Shown: positions 12,186 through 25,588 of the stretch, in pieces
Layout of the letters: every line of letters begins with the position of its first letter
Position numbering within the stretch: the stretch's first letter is position 1
NCBI GenBank assembly: GCA_965112155.1
Contig: OZ218107.1
Length of the DNA stretch: 64,000 bases
From: Podarcis liolepis
Taxonomy: Eukaryota
Strand: one strand, 5' to 3'
Notes under the pieces: generated by a model
What the model was told of the DNA's origin: nothing
Seen by the model: only the letters and a program-made list of their open reading frames with translations
The model's database searches: none
Made by a program: the position numbers and the translations under genes

Positions 12186-13449
12186 AAACACAAAAATTTA
12201 AAAAAATTAGTTTCTAGTTTTTCACTTTTTCATGTTATACGGAAGTTGTTGCTACGAAACATATATACTGAAAAATAGCTTTTTAACTTTGTTTGCACTG
12301 GGTGTGTTTCCGTCCTTAGGTCTACTATGTCGGGAAGGGGCAGGGTTCAAAAGAATTGGGGGTGGGGTGGGAGGGGAAGACTTGACGGAGCCTCACTTTA
12401 AAAAACAAAAAAAGGAAAAAAAAACACTTTGTGATTGGCTGGTTGATATATACCAGTATGTTCTGGCACATGTAACTGCCCCGTGTGTGTGTGTGTGTTT
12501 CTGTGAGAGCGTGTATGTGAGCATGATTGTGTGCGTGTGTGCGCATTTTTGTCTTGGAAAGCTGCATTGCTGTTGGTCAGCAACCTACCTGGCTAGACTC
12601 TTAAACTGAATAATGATGGTGCCTGTGACTGGTGCAAAATCAAATTGACCTGTGTTAAAATCTGTCGGTGGTATTTTTATTTTAGCAGGGTATTCAGCGC
12701 AGTACAGATCTTGTTCTGACCCTGTCATAGAGCAAAACACTGCCATATCCTAAGGATTTGGTGAGAGGGGTGCCAGTGTGGGAGTTCAGGGTTTTGAGGG
12801 TGGGGAGGGGGGTGATCTGTTTTGCCTAGAAGTGTATTTGTGTCTCTAATGAGACTTTTTGAGTGAACCCAAGCTTACTTTTTATGACAAGGCCTTTCAC
12901 CTTTTGGGGGACACCAGGGGGTAATGGGCATCACATTTCTTTGTGACAAAGACCTATGTAATAGTTGAAGCTTCTGCAGTCCTTAAGAACCAAATCCTGT
13001 AGCTATTCCTCAAGTCTGCATACTAAGGTTCTTATCCTTTCATGGAAAATCCACCAAAATTCAGGCCTAACTGTATTTTCTTAAGTGGTCTGCTGTTTGT
13101 GACAAAACTAAAATGTCAGTAGTTTGCTGGCCTATCTTGTATTGTGAAAGCACATGCAGCAACTTTTGTTCTCCTTTCTCCACAGTGAGCGTTACCTGTG
13201 CCAGGCCTAGGTGTATTACAGCACCAGACCATCACTGACAGAAACGTTTACTTACGAATGTTCTTAAACCAGTGTGTACTTTGAGCATTTTTTCTCTGTG
13301 TATTTCCTGTGTATGTCTTGCTTAGGCTTTGCTTAGGCAGGCATATAACTAGCAAAGACTTCTTTTGTTTATAAAGTATTGCACCTTTATTATTTTTACT
13401 TTTCCCTGTACTGTTGCTTTTTATTGTCGGTATTTAAAGAAAGGTTGTA

Positions 13450-13483
<34 letters not shown>

Positions 13484-14615
13484 TTATTTTTTTAAACAAC
13501 AGTGTAGTAGTACTCTGGGCAGGATAGGGGAGACCTATACTTAATTCAGAAGATAGCCAGTGTGTGCACTGGGACAGAATTGCTTGTTGTGAAGAAAGCC
13601 GTAGCAAACATTGCCTTTTCACAAAGCAATTTTGAAGATGGGCAGACAGGATAAGAACAAGGAGAAGGAGGCATTATTCTTTGAAGTGCTAGAACTTAGC
13701 TCTGGATTTTTGCTAGCTCTGCATTATACTGAATAACAAAAGTGCTGCAATATTCTGTACCAGCAAATACCTACATAACTCCGGTACTTGGAAGTAGCAG
13801 ATCATAATGTACAGGATCACAACAGAAGATTCTTTCTCCTTCAGCAGTTTCATTTTTTTTAAAAAAAAATCAGTGGTGTCTGCTATATAAGTATTGATAG
13901 CAAAATTAAAGCAAAAAATTTCCTCACATTTATGTAGAAAAGGAGGAGTTGTGAATTCTGTACATGAACTCGGTTTCACAGGAAGACTAAATAAGGGGAT
14001 TACTGCATTTACATCTGCCTGTTATTTTGCTGTGAAGTTGCGTGGTAAACATAGACAGGTGTTGCGTATTTAACCTTCAGAATCTGCAGCATATGTGGAT
14101 CTTTTAAGTGTTTCCCTATTTCTCCCTTTGTCATTGTATCTTGTAAGTTGAAGCAAAATGTTTCCCCCATTCCTGCCAGTTAAGTTTCCCTTGCAGCCCC
14201 TACACATGCCTGCTCCTAAAACAGCTGTATTTGTCTTTGGGGCCTCAGTGTTGAAAGCATGCAGGACAAACTATAATAAAAAAAAGCTCTGAGCTGGGAG
14301 GACATCGGAATACTGCACCTCATGGCCTAGAAAACAGCTATGTGCTCCAATATGTGACTTGACACACAAGCAGGTTCACTACTGTGTTATCACTCTCTCC
14401 CAACCTGCCCTACGGTCCCTTTGCCTGCACTTTGGATTTGTTGAGTTCATTACGATACTACGGTGAAAGCCGGGTGCTAGAGCCCCTCTTGTTTACAAGA
14501 CATAATGAGGGATATGACATATTTAAAAAAATGAAAAGCTAAAATGTTCTTCCATCACAAGCTTAAAGGGAAAAAATTAAAAACTTTTTAAAAAAAGACC
14601 AAAAAGTGCGTGTGC

Positions 14616-14646
<31 letters not shown>

Positions 14647-17600
14647 AGATGAAGACTAACTCTGGGAGCATTTAACAGTGTTTTTGTGTTTTAACATTTA
14701 TTTTCCTGCTTTAAATTTGCAAGCATTCTCAGGAATTCTAGGGTAGGAAGCCAGTTTTCGAAGATGGTTTATTTAACCTTTACCTTATCCTAGATAGATG
14801 GTTGTTTCTTTCGTAAACTTTTACAAGTTCCTGAATCTTCAAAAAGTTTAAAAGTTTTTTTCTTTACAAAAAGCAAAAAATTTGAAAAACAAAATCTAAC
14901 TAATACAAACTCCAATTGTCAGAACTGGGGATCAAAAAAATTTTAAAGTACAAATTGATTACAAAAGAATTCTCAGTAGCAGCAACACAAATTCATTGTA
15001 TTCTTAAAAGTCCAAGTTGTGAAAAGATTTATACTTTTAGAGCTTAGTCTCAAGTGGAAGTGCGTGTGCAGATGAGTGGGGGAGAGGATTGCGTATGAAT
15101 GAAAGTATAATCATCTACTTGTTTCACAGTGAACATAAAATCTTCCTCCAAGCACCTTTTTAAAATAAACAGTTAAAAAAGAGTAAAAAAATGCATTTTG
15201 ATTTGACTAAATCCGTCAACCACAGTTAAGAAGAATTGCTGGGAGTACAGGATGGTGCTTCTTGAAACCACTTTTAGATTGACAGTGCTTCAGAGAAGCA
15301 GAATCTTTATTGTGACCCAGTAATGGAGCTGTTTTAACTTTTACTAATTTTAAAACAGAAAATAGGGAAAGAAGAATGTTGGAGAAATCAGTGAAGTGTA
15401 CCTGGGAAAAATGGCTTGGTGTATTTTAATCATTTTGAAGATTTTTTTTTGTTTGCTTTTTCCATTTATCAACCAGAGATGTGTAAGTGAGAAATTTTGG
15501 GAAGTGGGTTGGAGGTAAGATATATTAACTGCTGCTGCCAGCTACTGGGACTCCCATTCTTAAGAACCAGTTTACTGCAGCTTTTTCCTGGGATGGATAG
15601 CTCAGAGCTTCCAGCACAAAGAGAGAAGGACTTAATGTGCTTGAAGCATTTTTGTTAGAATGAAAATAACAAGCCGCTTTAGTGCCTTTGTAATACATCC
15701 TTGCATCCTACAAAAAGACATATGCAGTCTAGTCACTCCAAGGAAACAAATGAACCCATTTTTCTAAAACAAAAAGCATTTCTCTGAGCATGCTGAATAG
15801 AAGCCTCAAAGGCCTGCCGTGCAAAGAGTTACATATAAAATAACGTACATGTAAACATTTTTCTTTGAAATCTAAGGGCAATTTTCATGCATTACTACTT
15901 TCTTGTTTTGAACTACTCTTCAAATAGAAGTGTGAAGTAATGCCTGGTTTCCTGTGACATCAGTTGTGTGTTCTCTAGTTGTGTGTTGCATTGTTTCCCA
16001 AATTGCACCTTGAAAAAAAATGCATCAACTGATTCCTAGTGTGATAGGCCAGTGAGAGGAGCCCCCTTTTGTTTTTTTAAAGGAAGTTATTTATCTGAAC
16101 ATTTTATCAGAGGCTTTGACTTATTTCCCCCTATAATTTTTTTTAAGTCGAAAATTACAAAAGCCTGTTACTCGGCTGACAACTGCTGAAGAAGGTAGAA
16201 AGGTAAATGTGTAACTCTGTCATATTTAAAGCATCCTTTACCTCTCAACATTTCAACCTATGCATATTGAAGTTTGTCATATTTTTGAAGAAGTAAACTA
16301 AAATATCAATCTTGGCAACCTTCCATCCCTGATGAATACCTGGAATGTTTAATCAGCCCTTTGGACCATAGCAATACAGGTTTCCAAACACCTTTTATGT
16401 TTTGAATCTGCTATGTTCTCTGGCCAGTGAGGATGATACTTTTGGGAACTAAGCACTAAACTATACTTGAGAAAATGTTTTCTGCAGCTGTTTTGTGGGT
16501 GGTGTTACTATATTTTCATGTATGTTCTACACACACACAAAGGCAATAGGTCTCATGGGGTGTTGGAGACCTCTTCAGATTGCCAGAGCACCCTGTGCAG
16601 TGTGAAGCCACGTGTCAATTTTTTTGTTTTCTCTTATAAAGTTGCTCCCTCCATGAAAAGGAGAAACAGTCCATATCAATGTTTTGTCCTCCTTTTTAGT
16701 TGTATATTTTAAATGCACATGCCCAACTTAAAAAATAGCCCTATTTTGGTTCTATTCACTCTTTTAATATATGGCCTATATGAACCTACTGCCAGAACCA
16801 GCATCTAATTGGATGGGTCTTGCGATAACACCTTTCCTATAATAGTACTATTCCCAGAAAGCTGCTTATTATGCCATGCTGAACCATTCTGGGAAGGTTA
16901 CAGTCTTTTCCAGTGCACCCGTATAAAGTGGATAGAGTGAGCTTTTCCTTCACTCTTGGGTTCCCTTTGTAAAGGAATATGTTAAAAGCATGTTTTTACT
17001 CTGCCACTTAGCCAAAGCAAAACTCTTCACCTTACCTTTGAAAATTTTAAAAATAAATTAGTGAATATAAACAGACAGACATTTCCTGTTTGATTTTCAG
17101 TGCAGGCATTTGAACTGGCAAGTGTAACAAGTATTAACACCTCTTTCTATTCTGTCCTCCACTGCCATGGCAAATGTTACCCAATCTTCACTGTCATCCA
17201 AATAGTAGTGTTCAAATCACTCACCTTTATTTTTTTTTTATAGTATTGGCTAATTGAGATACTCTGTTCTCCCCTGAGATGGTTCTGTTTAGTTCAGCTG
17301 TATTGTTCCTTCATTATAAATATGCAACAGCAAAAACACTCTGCATATAATACAAATGCTACCCAAAATGCAGTTAAAATGATGCATTCTGAAATGAATA
17401 CATGCTTTCCAAGGCATGCATTGATTGGAGCGATACTGACTGAAGGAAGATGGATAAAATCTATATTACTGGTTTCCCTAGTTTTCCACAAAGCTACAGC
17501 TGTTCATTTGAATGCTGATTAGTCTCCATGTTATGATATGCTAATGATATTGGGAGCATTATGTAGATGGATGATTTGGTAGTAACAGTTACACCTGTTG

Positions 17601-20600
17601 AATACAAGGCTTAATCAGCAAAGATGTAATGTTGTTTATTCTTTATTCCAATAATATTTTGCAGATTTTCCTACTGTAGCAATCCCTCTCAAAGGTTTAA
17701 AACTTTGCTGATTTTTTAAAAGTATATATTGACTCTGATCCATACAATTTGGTCATACAGTTTTGATCTGTTATGAATTAGTAAATTTGTAAGAAAATTC
17801 TGTAGTGCTCTTAAGGATGGGTGAAAGGAGTAAAATAAACAAATTTTGTGCTGAAGATAGCTTTTATCCTCCTTCAGAACATTGCTAAAATGTATACAAA
17901 CAGTCGCCAAATTAAAAGGATTATTCCCCTCTTATGCTACAATAGGGAACAAAATTCTAACCTGATCTTCTGGCTGTCAGGCCTCATCAGATGCTAGCAG
18001 TTGTCAGACCAACCTAAGTGCCCTTTAACTGTTCTCCATGGCCATGTCAGATACAGATAAGCAGTTTCACATGGCTGAGAGGATATTTAACAGGCACCAT
18101 AGACATTACCAAATGTGTGATATGGAACAGTGTCAACATACCTGCTTCTTAAGTTTGTGCAGTATGGCATATATTTACAAATTTCTCAGAGACATGGGCC
18201 ATAGAAGGATCAAAAGAATCAACCTCAACTAAGAGCCAGTTTCTTCGTGTACTTGGCAGTGGTGATAGCTAGAGTTATATATACCCTTGTCTTTTTAAAA
18301 AATGCATTTTTTTTAGCCATAGAGTTTGAATGTGTTTTTACTTGAGCCTGACAACCATCCATTTAAACACAAATCCAGGTTATTGAAGTTAAAGCATTGT
18401 GCCAGGCAGCCTGTGGGTATATTTTGACATATGATTAGCTGTCCATGGAGCAAAATAAAATAAGAATAATGAGAAATGTTCCATGGATAAACAACACAGT
18501 TGGACAGTGTCGAGCAAGAAGTGTGTTTTTTTAAGCGCTTAGTGCCTCATCTTAGGTAATAGTATGCCAGTTAATGCATTCAAAGAACTAAAGTTCCTCA
18601 TTTCTTACCATGTTTTAATCAGAGAAAATAAATGCATATTGTCTTTCTGTATTAGAAAATGCAGCGGTTAATTGAGTCCTCCTTATAAAGATTGCTTTGC
18701 TTGCTGGATAATAATTTTTGTGGCATGGTTGTGAATATCAAGTGCTTTTCTTCTCCTTCCTTATCCCAGCCAGACTGGCTCACCCTCCTTTTATATTAAG
18801 TGCTGAGTGCTTTGAAGTTTGGGTGGGAAGGGGCAGGGCATAAAGGAAATAAAGGGAGCCAAGTTAGAGCAGCCTTACTTTAGGGAGTAGCCTTACAACA
18901 GAGCTTTATAGTGAAGGTGTGCTGTATTCCAAATTGTGTAAGCCAAAAATGAAAAAAAAAACATTTATGCAAAAAGAGGCGTTAACTTCTTAACATAATA
19001 TGTACCTTCTGAAGGTAGAATAGGGTCTCATGAAGTGATACATTGTGATGCTTCTTGCTGGGTCAGTAGGTATGGGATTTGGGATATAAGCGCTTAACAT
19101 TCCCTTGTGGGGGTTTTTAGGGTTGTGTTTTGTTTTTAGTTTTGAACAAGCAGTAAGTTAAATGTGGTATCTCTGAATGTGCCTTTGTGAGTATGTGACT
19201 GTCAGTCCGAGAAGACTACTTGGGCTTGACAGGGGGAGATGATAGTCAGTTTATTCTCTCTAAAGGTCAAATGCAAAGATTCCAGCCTGCTGGTACCTTT
19301 TGACAAACAGTGTCTTTTGGGGCTGGTCTCTAAGCTGCGCAGTATGCAGTTGTGTGTGGCAGATGCATCCAGGTGTGGATGGGTTGTAATTCACATGTTG
19401 ACATTTTTAGGCTAGTGCTCCGTTGCTGGTTGAATTCGTATATGTATTATGTACCTATTACATTTGTGTATGTGGCTTGCTTTAACTTTTTTTTTTTTTA
19501 AGCACTGGAAAATGAAACGCAGTGATGTTTGAGACACATTTATGCATGTAGAGAAGAAGGTATTTTGTAGCTTCTGCCATTCTTGGGTGTAGGCACACTT
19601 TTGCCCTCTATCAGTGTCCTGATAATAGAAAAAAAGAAATCTACCCTATAACTTCTAGCACACTTATTGTTGCCATTTAAATGAACAGGGTATTACACAA
19701 GAAAATAAGATGTTTTTGAAATGGTGAGGAAGAAGTGTTGTTTTTTAATCAAAAAGTAATTCTTTGTTTCTTTGAAGCTGTTTGTAGCTAAACATGGGAA
19801 TCTGCAGTGTCTACTTTCATTTGTTGTTTTTTTCATATATATTCCACCTCTTCTTCTCCCCACCTCAAATGCAAGGTGTACAAAATCAAGAGCTGCTGTA
19901 GCACCTCTCAGCAACCTTCCCAAATGAAAGCTCTAGCAGGCTCTCTTCATCTCCATTCAGGAAGACAAAGGGAGGAGAGATGCTGCAGCTTTCTTGCTTC
20001 GCTCTCATTCCTCTCTAATGGCCTTGAAATGTATTATTATGCAAATGTGAATTTTGATACTGAACTTTAAGAAGAGGTTGTTTCTTTTTCAAACAAAAAA
20101 AGGTCCCATATGTGGTCAGCATTGCTTCTTTTTCTTGTAAGTGAATTGTAAACTATGCATTCAGCAAGAGATGGTTTGGGGGAGGAAAAGAGAGTCCTGC
20201 GAAACTGTTGAAAATGTTTCTGTGTCCATTGAATTCCAACACTGATGTAGGAGGAAAGAGGTTCATGTCATGGGAGGACTTAATGGAACCCATCTCTTCT
20301 GAGAAGTTGACTTATTTGATTGCCAGGCAGATTTGTTTTTGGAGGGAATTAAAATCAACTTCAGAAATGAAGTAATGTCTGCCTGTTTCACAGGACTGTG
20401 CTTTCTTGCCATGCAGTGTTAGACCAGGATCAGCAGCATGACACAAAACAGCCCAAGGAGAGAATTTATCTACATAGCACCTCCTCCATTTGTTCAACCT
20501 CAGGAAATGGCACCTCATGCACTGTCTTTAAGGATTTACTCTGCAACTTGTTCTCCTTTACAACTGCCCTTGTTCCTCAGGAGAATTACAATGTGGCTTT

Positions 20601-21332
20601 TCGTTGCATGCATTTCCAAAAACTCTGTCCTAAAAGTTTCTACCAATTCCCATCACAGATGAAACATAAAATAGCAATGCCAGCTTGGAACTGCTGTAGA
20701 ATATATACTGCACTGGCATTAGTCAATTCCTTGTCTTCTAATGTTCATCAGAACTGTTCAAGGAAGACGGCATGCTAGTCACCATCTGTGACTTCTTTGA
20801 GCTAATACTACCACTAATAAAATGGAGGCGAGTGATAGAGACTAGAAGAGGAAATTTATATGGATTCTTTTGCTGGCAAGAAGCTTCTTTGAAAGGAGAA
20901 AGATTTCACTTCCTTTCCGAATGTAGAGGCCGCTTCCCATGTTAATGGAGGTGTGTTTCCTTTACAAGTCTCCCTTGGGTATTGTGAACTGTGGTATCTG
21001 CCTCATTTCACCTTGGCATCATCATAGCCAAGAAATTCTCCTACCTATAATTCAGTGTTTTTTTCTCACACAGCAATTTTTTGTTGGTGTTCACAGTACT
21101 GTAATGAATAATAAATAGCCTTGACCGTTCATTCTCACATGCATACTTGCCTTGCAGATGTGATCTTATCAGGATTCTTATCTGGTAGATTGCCTTTTTT
21201 GTTGTTGTTTGTTGAAGGGGAAAAGTTTCCAGCTCTTTGTCTCAGAATACCTCGTGGTGCATATTTACCTTTAGTGTAACTGGCCTTGTATATTCTCTTT
21301 CATACTTCGTGAGATTATACCGTTCCTACATT

Positions 21333-21567
21333 TGTCCTAGTGGTTTGAAGACTGGATCATGAGGCTGAAACTCCTGAGTTCTAATCCTGGCCTTTACTCT
21401 TCCCTCTTTTTGCCTTAGGCAAGAGTCATTTAACCTTTGCCTCAGTTTCCCCATCTGTAAAATGGGGATAATAATACTTACCTACCTCACAGGGGTTTTG
21501 TGAGGATTGACTACAGGTTTTTGTGAAGTGCTTCAAAGAAAAAGTACTTTTTATAAGTATTATTATA
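21333..21567 (+). mobile_element. CORE-SINE (MIR-like) in the TNRC6B 3'UTR
   Basis: B-box-like GAGTTCTAATCC (21376-21387) and near-consensus core GCCTCAGTTTCCCCATCTGTAAAATGGGGATAATAATACTTACCTACCTCACAGGG (from 21439). Confidence 0.88.
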
Positions 21568-23665
21568 TGGAGGTGTAACTAGCAGGCTACCTCCTTTCCC
21601 AGTCTTAGACGTACATCTCAGGGATGTGCAAAGAGGAAATAGGAGAGGAAACAGTGTATTTTATTTTTTACTTGTTAAGCCATCAAATACTTTAAACTAC
21701 TTTTAACAAGAAGGAAGGAACTAAAGAGCTGAACTATTCACAAATCTCCCTTGAGTTCCACATATTGCATACAGAAAAGCCAGTCTTTTAACAGACACAT
21801 TTTAAAAATGAAGTACACTTCCTCTTGAATTGGAATATGTAAAGTTTGCCATCTTTTGTATGTCCCCCTTTTAATTAGACATGGACTTCTTTGTTAGATT
21901 AACAATGGCAGCACATCTGCTGCATTTGGGAAAGGAGACATTGCTGTGTAGTTTATATGAGTTCTGTAAAATGACAATATTTGTCAAGTAGTTGGCTTAA
22001 AGATGGGGACACTATCCAAACTTGCTTTCCTGTTTGTGTGTTAAACATATGCTGCCTCATTCCCAATATACACAAGCCATTGTATGCCAATAAAACATGG
22101 AAACACAGTAATGTTCATTAATAAGAGCTGCTTGTGAATATGCCTTACAGCCTTCTCAAAATCTTTGGGAGCAGGGGTGGAATAAGAGGTTTGGGGTAAA
22201 TTCCATAGTTAGGGAGTCTTTGCTGCTTCCTCCCTTTTCTGATCTATTATGGACACCATTCTCTCTTCAATCTTAGACGTGCATCTCAGGGATGTGCATA
22301 TTGAGCCCAGCATTCGGATCTTGGAAAACCTAAGATTTGGTTCCATTCTATATTTGAAGTCTCCATATTGGACACTCCCTTAATCCTTTTCATCCTTTAC
22401 TCCCCAAGGAGCAGCTCTGTCCACAACTGTTAGGTGATTAAAAGTTCTACAGTGATCAAATTCAACATGATGCAGGTGTATTTGTATCTGTAGCTCTCTG
22501 GTTTTTTTTGTGTGTAGATACATGCATACATATACGAATGCTCACTCACGATTCCACCTTCCACTAGTTGGGGCAAGAAAACTGAAGTGCAGATCACCTA
22601 ACAAAAGCAAACAGCAGCTTTGCTCTGCTAATACATATGCACTGCTTCCTTTAAAACAACTTTTCTTTTTTTTCCTTTTTTTTTTTTTTTTTTTTTTTGA
22701 GGGAGGGATGAAAAAAGCAGTGGAGTTTAAAACTACTTTAGCATCCACTGGTTAGACAGAGACTTGAAATGCTGCTTTAATTTCAGAGCTCCTATGGGGC
22801 TATGTTTACAAAGAACTGATCAGGAAAATGACCAATTGTGGATATCCAACTTAGTGAATTATGCTTCATTTCTGGTGAGCAAGCCATGTAGTGGAAAATG
22901 TCTTAATGGAAAATGAAAGAAGTTTAACTCCACCTAGCCTTATTTGTGAAGTAAACAATATTTTATGTCCAAAACATCTTGATTAGAAAAGGCAGCTTTT
23001 CTACTTTGCACATAAATAGGTAATACGAAGGTACAGCTGAAATGCTATTGCCTGAAACACTGTCCCTTCCCCCAAGCAGGCATAATAGTGGATACATGTG
23101 TTGAGGCTCTTTGCAAAGATACCTATTAGTATTTTTCCTTATACTTGAAATAACGTACCCATCTCTATTTGTCAGTTGGGCATCCAAGAAGGGTGGAATA
23201 GTGGAAAATAGGAAAAGGCACAATGTGTTTTCATGCTAGAGTTTGCTTAGTTCTCTCCCCTCCCCCATAGTGCTTTTATTTCAGCTTACTTTCTATCCTA
23301 GGAATTCACATGGACACAGAAACACAGCACTTTATGTGCTCTTGCATGGCATGCTGCCCTCCCCTTCTCCCTCTCTTCTCTATTTTTATTTTAGTATAGT
23401 GGTACTTAAAATCACTGTTTCACTTAAAAAGACAATAAAATGTTTAAACTCTACTAATGTACAAATAAGCTGAAATGTTGCATTTATGTGTATTTTGCCA
23501 TAGCAGGTACTGTATTTCTCATGCTGGATTTCAAACCAACAAAAGGGTGATGTTTTATTGGAGTGTGACAAGTTGAGAGTAATAAGGAATTAAGTCGTCG
23601 TCATTTCATTGAAATTGAGAGATGGTGTAATACATATTACGTTTTCTGAAGGTTTTTGTTTTTTT

Positions 23666-23832
23666 NNNNNNNNNNNNNNNNNNNNNNNNNNNNNNNNNNN
23701 NNNNNNNNNNNNNNNNNNNNNNNNNNNNNNNNNNNNNNNNNNNNNNNNNNNNNNNNNNNNNNNNNNNNNNNNNNNNNNNNNNNNNNNNNNNNNNNNNNNN
23801 NNNNNNNNNNNNNNNNNNNNNNNNNNNNNNNN
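23666..23832. other. assembly gap (N run)
   Basis: 167 N. Confidence 1.
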
Positions 23833-23949
23833 TGTCAATTTATTTTTGTTTGTTGATTTGGTCTATAAAATGCAGTTGTTAACTATAATTTCTTGGCTGT
23901 GCATTTTCCCTTCAGGAATTCATACTCACTATTTACACAGTCTTGCAGC

Positions 23950-23955
23950 AATAAA
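23950..23955 (+). terminator. candidate distal poly(A) signal of TNRC6B
   Basis: AATAAA followed by U-rich downstream sequence at the end of the UTR-like block. Confidence 0.65.
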
Positions 23956-25228
23956 CTATTGATAGTTTATTATTTTTATCTTTAGTATCTCTTCAGTCAT
24001 GTAAATAATTGTGCACACACATTTTTCCTAGGTTTGGAGGCAGCTATTTTTATTGAGAAATGGCATCTTGGCTTATCACAATAGCACATTGTTATTCTGG
24101 TATCAGAGAACATTCAAGGGTTCTAGAATCTGATTGAGCTTTACTGGTTACCAAGGAAACCAGACAGATGGACAGTTGTCAAACCTACTTGTCAACTCTC
24201 AGATATCTGTGCAGGCTGGGCAAACTACAAGCATTATTTAGCAGAAAGATGTGAATCCCTTGATACCTTTGTGTGTTATACATTGGAGGAGGAAAGCTCA
24301 AATCCATACTGGAATCCAAATGAACTGGGAATTCAGCAACGCCCAAAATAACTTACTTTAGCTATGTGAGAGTTCCCAAGGTGGCTAGGAAAGTCCCTTC
24401 TCCCCCTGTCCATGCCACCCACACTGAAGATATTTTTCTTGATGGTACATTATAGTATATTCAGGGTAGCATATGGGTTATCATCTTCCTTGTTCTTCAA
24501 CACAATACACGTTGAACACGACAATGCTTGTTTCTTCTAACAAAGGGTTTGTATTTCAAAACACTGCTCCAAGCAAGCTATTATTCACCAGTGGGGGAAA
24601 GTATGCAAAGCTAGTGTGATGTAGTTGCTAGAGTCCAATATAAACCTGCACTCTGATGTGACACTCATTAGGTACTCCTGAGCAAGTCAGATCTGTGACA
24701 GCAAAAAATGTTGCTTTAATCTCCTTGGAGAAACAAAAGGTTACAAATCTGTTATGATGAATCTGCTGTTGACATAACAAGGTCATATAAGTGATGTCAG
24801 TTGTCAAGGAATGGCCACATCAGAAGACAAGTTATGAACAGCACACTTTCATAGCTCTGGAAACAAAATTACCTAAGATTCAGAATCCTAGATACTGTAC
24901 TGAACTTGCTGAATCCTTGAAAATAACTGCCGTATAAAATCACTGGAATCAAAAGTGCAACAGATTTGCAAAGAGACTGATACACGATAATTATTTTCCT
25001 GCATCAGACAAAGGTCTGACTTGTCTGGGATTTGGTTTCCAGCAGCGACCAACCAGCTGCTTCTGGAAGCTTCCAAGCAAAGCGGGTGATGGGTCATATT
25101 TTGTATCTTGTACTCAGAAGTGTAGTGTGACCACTTACAGATACTTTCTGTATAGCTATAATGGCAAATAACTGATTTCACCTACACACAAATTGTCTCA
25201 TTCTGCTCTTAAGCCATCTAAGCTAGTA

Positions 25229-25588
25229 AAGGTAAAGGACCCCTGACAGTTAAGTCCAGTCGCGGACAACTCTGGGGTTGCGGCGCTCATCTCGCTTTAC
25301 TGGCCGAGGGACCCAATGTTTGTCCACAGACAGTTTTTCCGGGTCATGTGGCCAGCATGACTAAGCCGCTTCTGGCGAAACCAGAGCAGCGCATGGAAAT
25401 GCCATTTACCTTCCTGCTGGAGCAGTACCCATTTATCTACTTGCACTTTGAGGTGCTTTCGAACTGCTAGGTTGACAGGAGCTGGGACTGAGCAACGGGA
25501 TCTCACCCCATTGTTGGGATTCAAACCACCGACCTTCCGATCAGCAAGCCCTAGGCTCAGTGGTTTAGACCACTGCCCCCCGCGTCCC
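25229..25588 (-). mobile_element. Sauria SINE (tRNA-derived, Bov-B-type tail), full length
   Basis: Minus-strand 5' end GGGACGCGGG, (ACCTTT)n tail, 13-bp TSD ATCTAAGCTAGTA at 25216-25228 and 25589-25601. Confidence 0.92.

Larger units (their letters stand above)
11885..23975 (+). other. TNRC6B: TNRC6B long 3'UTR (~12 kb)
   Basis: AU-rich and nearly free of the young MITEs/SINEs seen in flanking introns; ends at AATAAA 23950-23955 followed by U-rich sequence. A very long 3'UTR is known for mammalian TNRC6B. The end point is inferred. Confidence 0.7.

Noticed and set aside
11937-12217. ORFs spanning N runs (also 23590-23962)
   Set aside because: Artefacts of assembly gaps.
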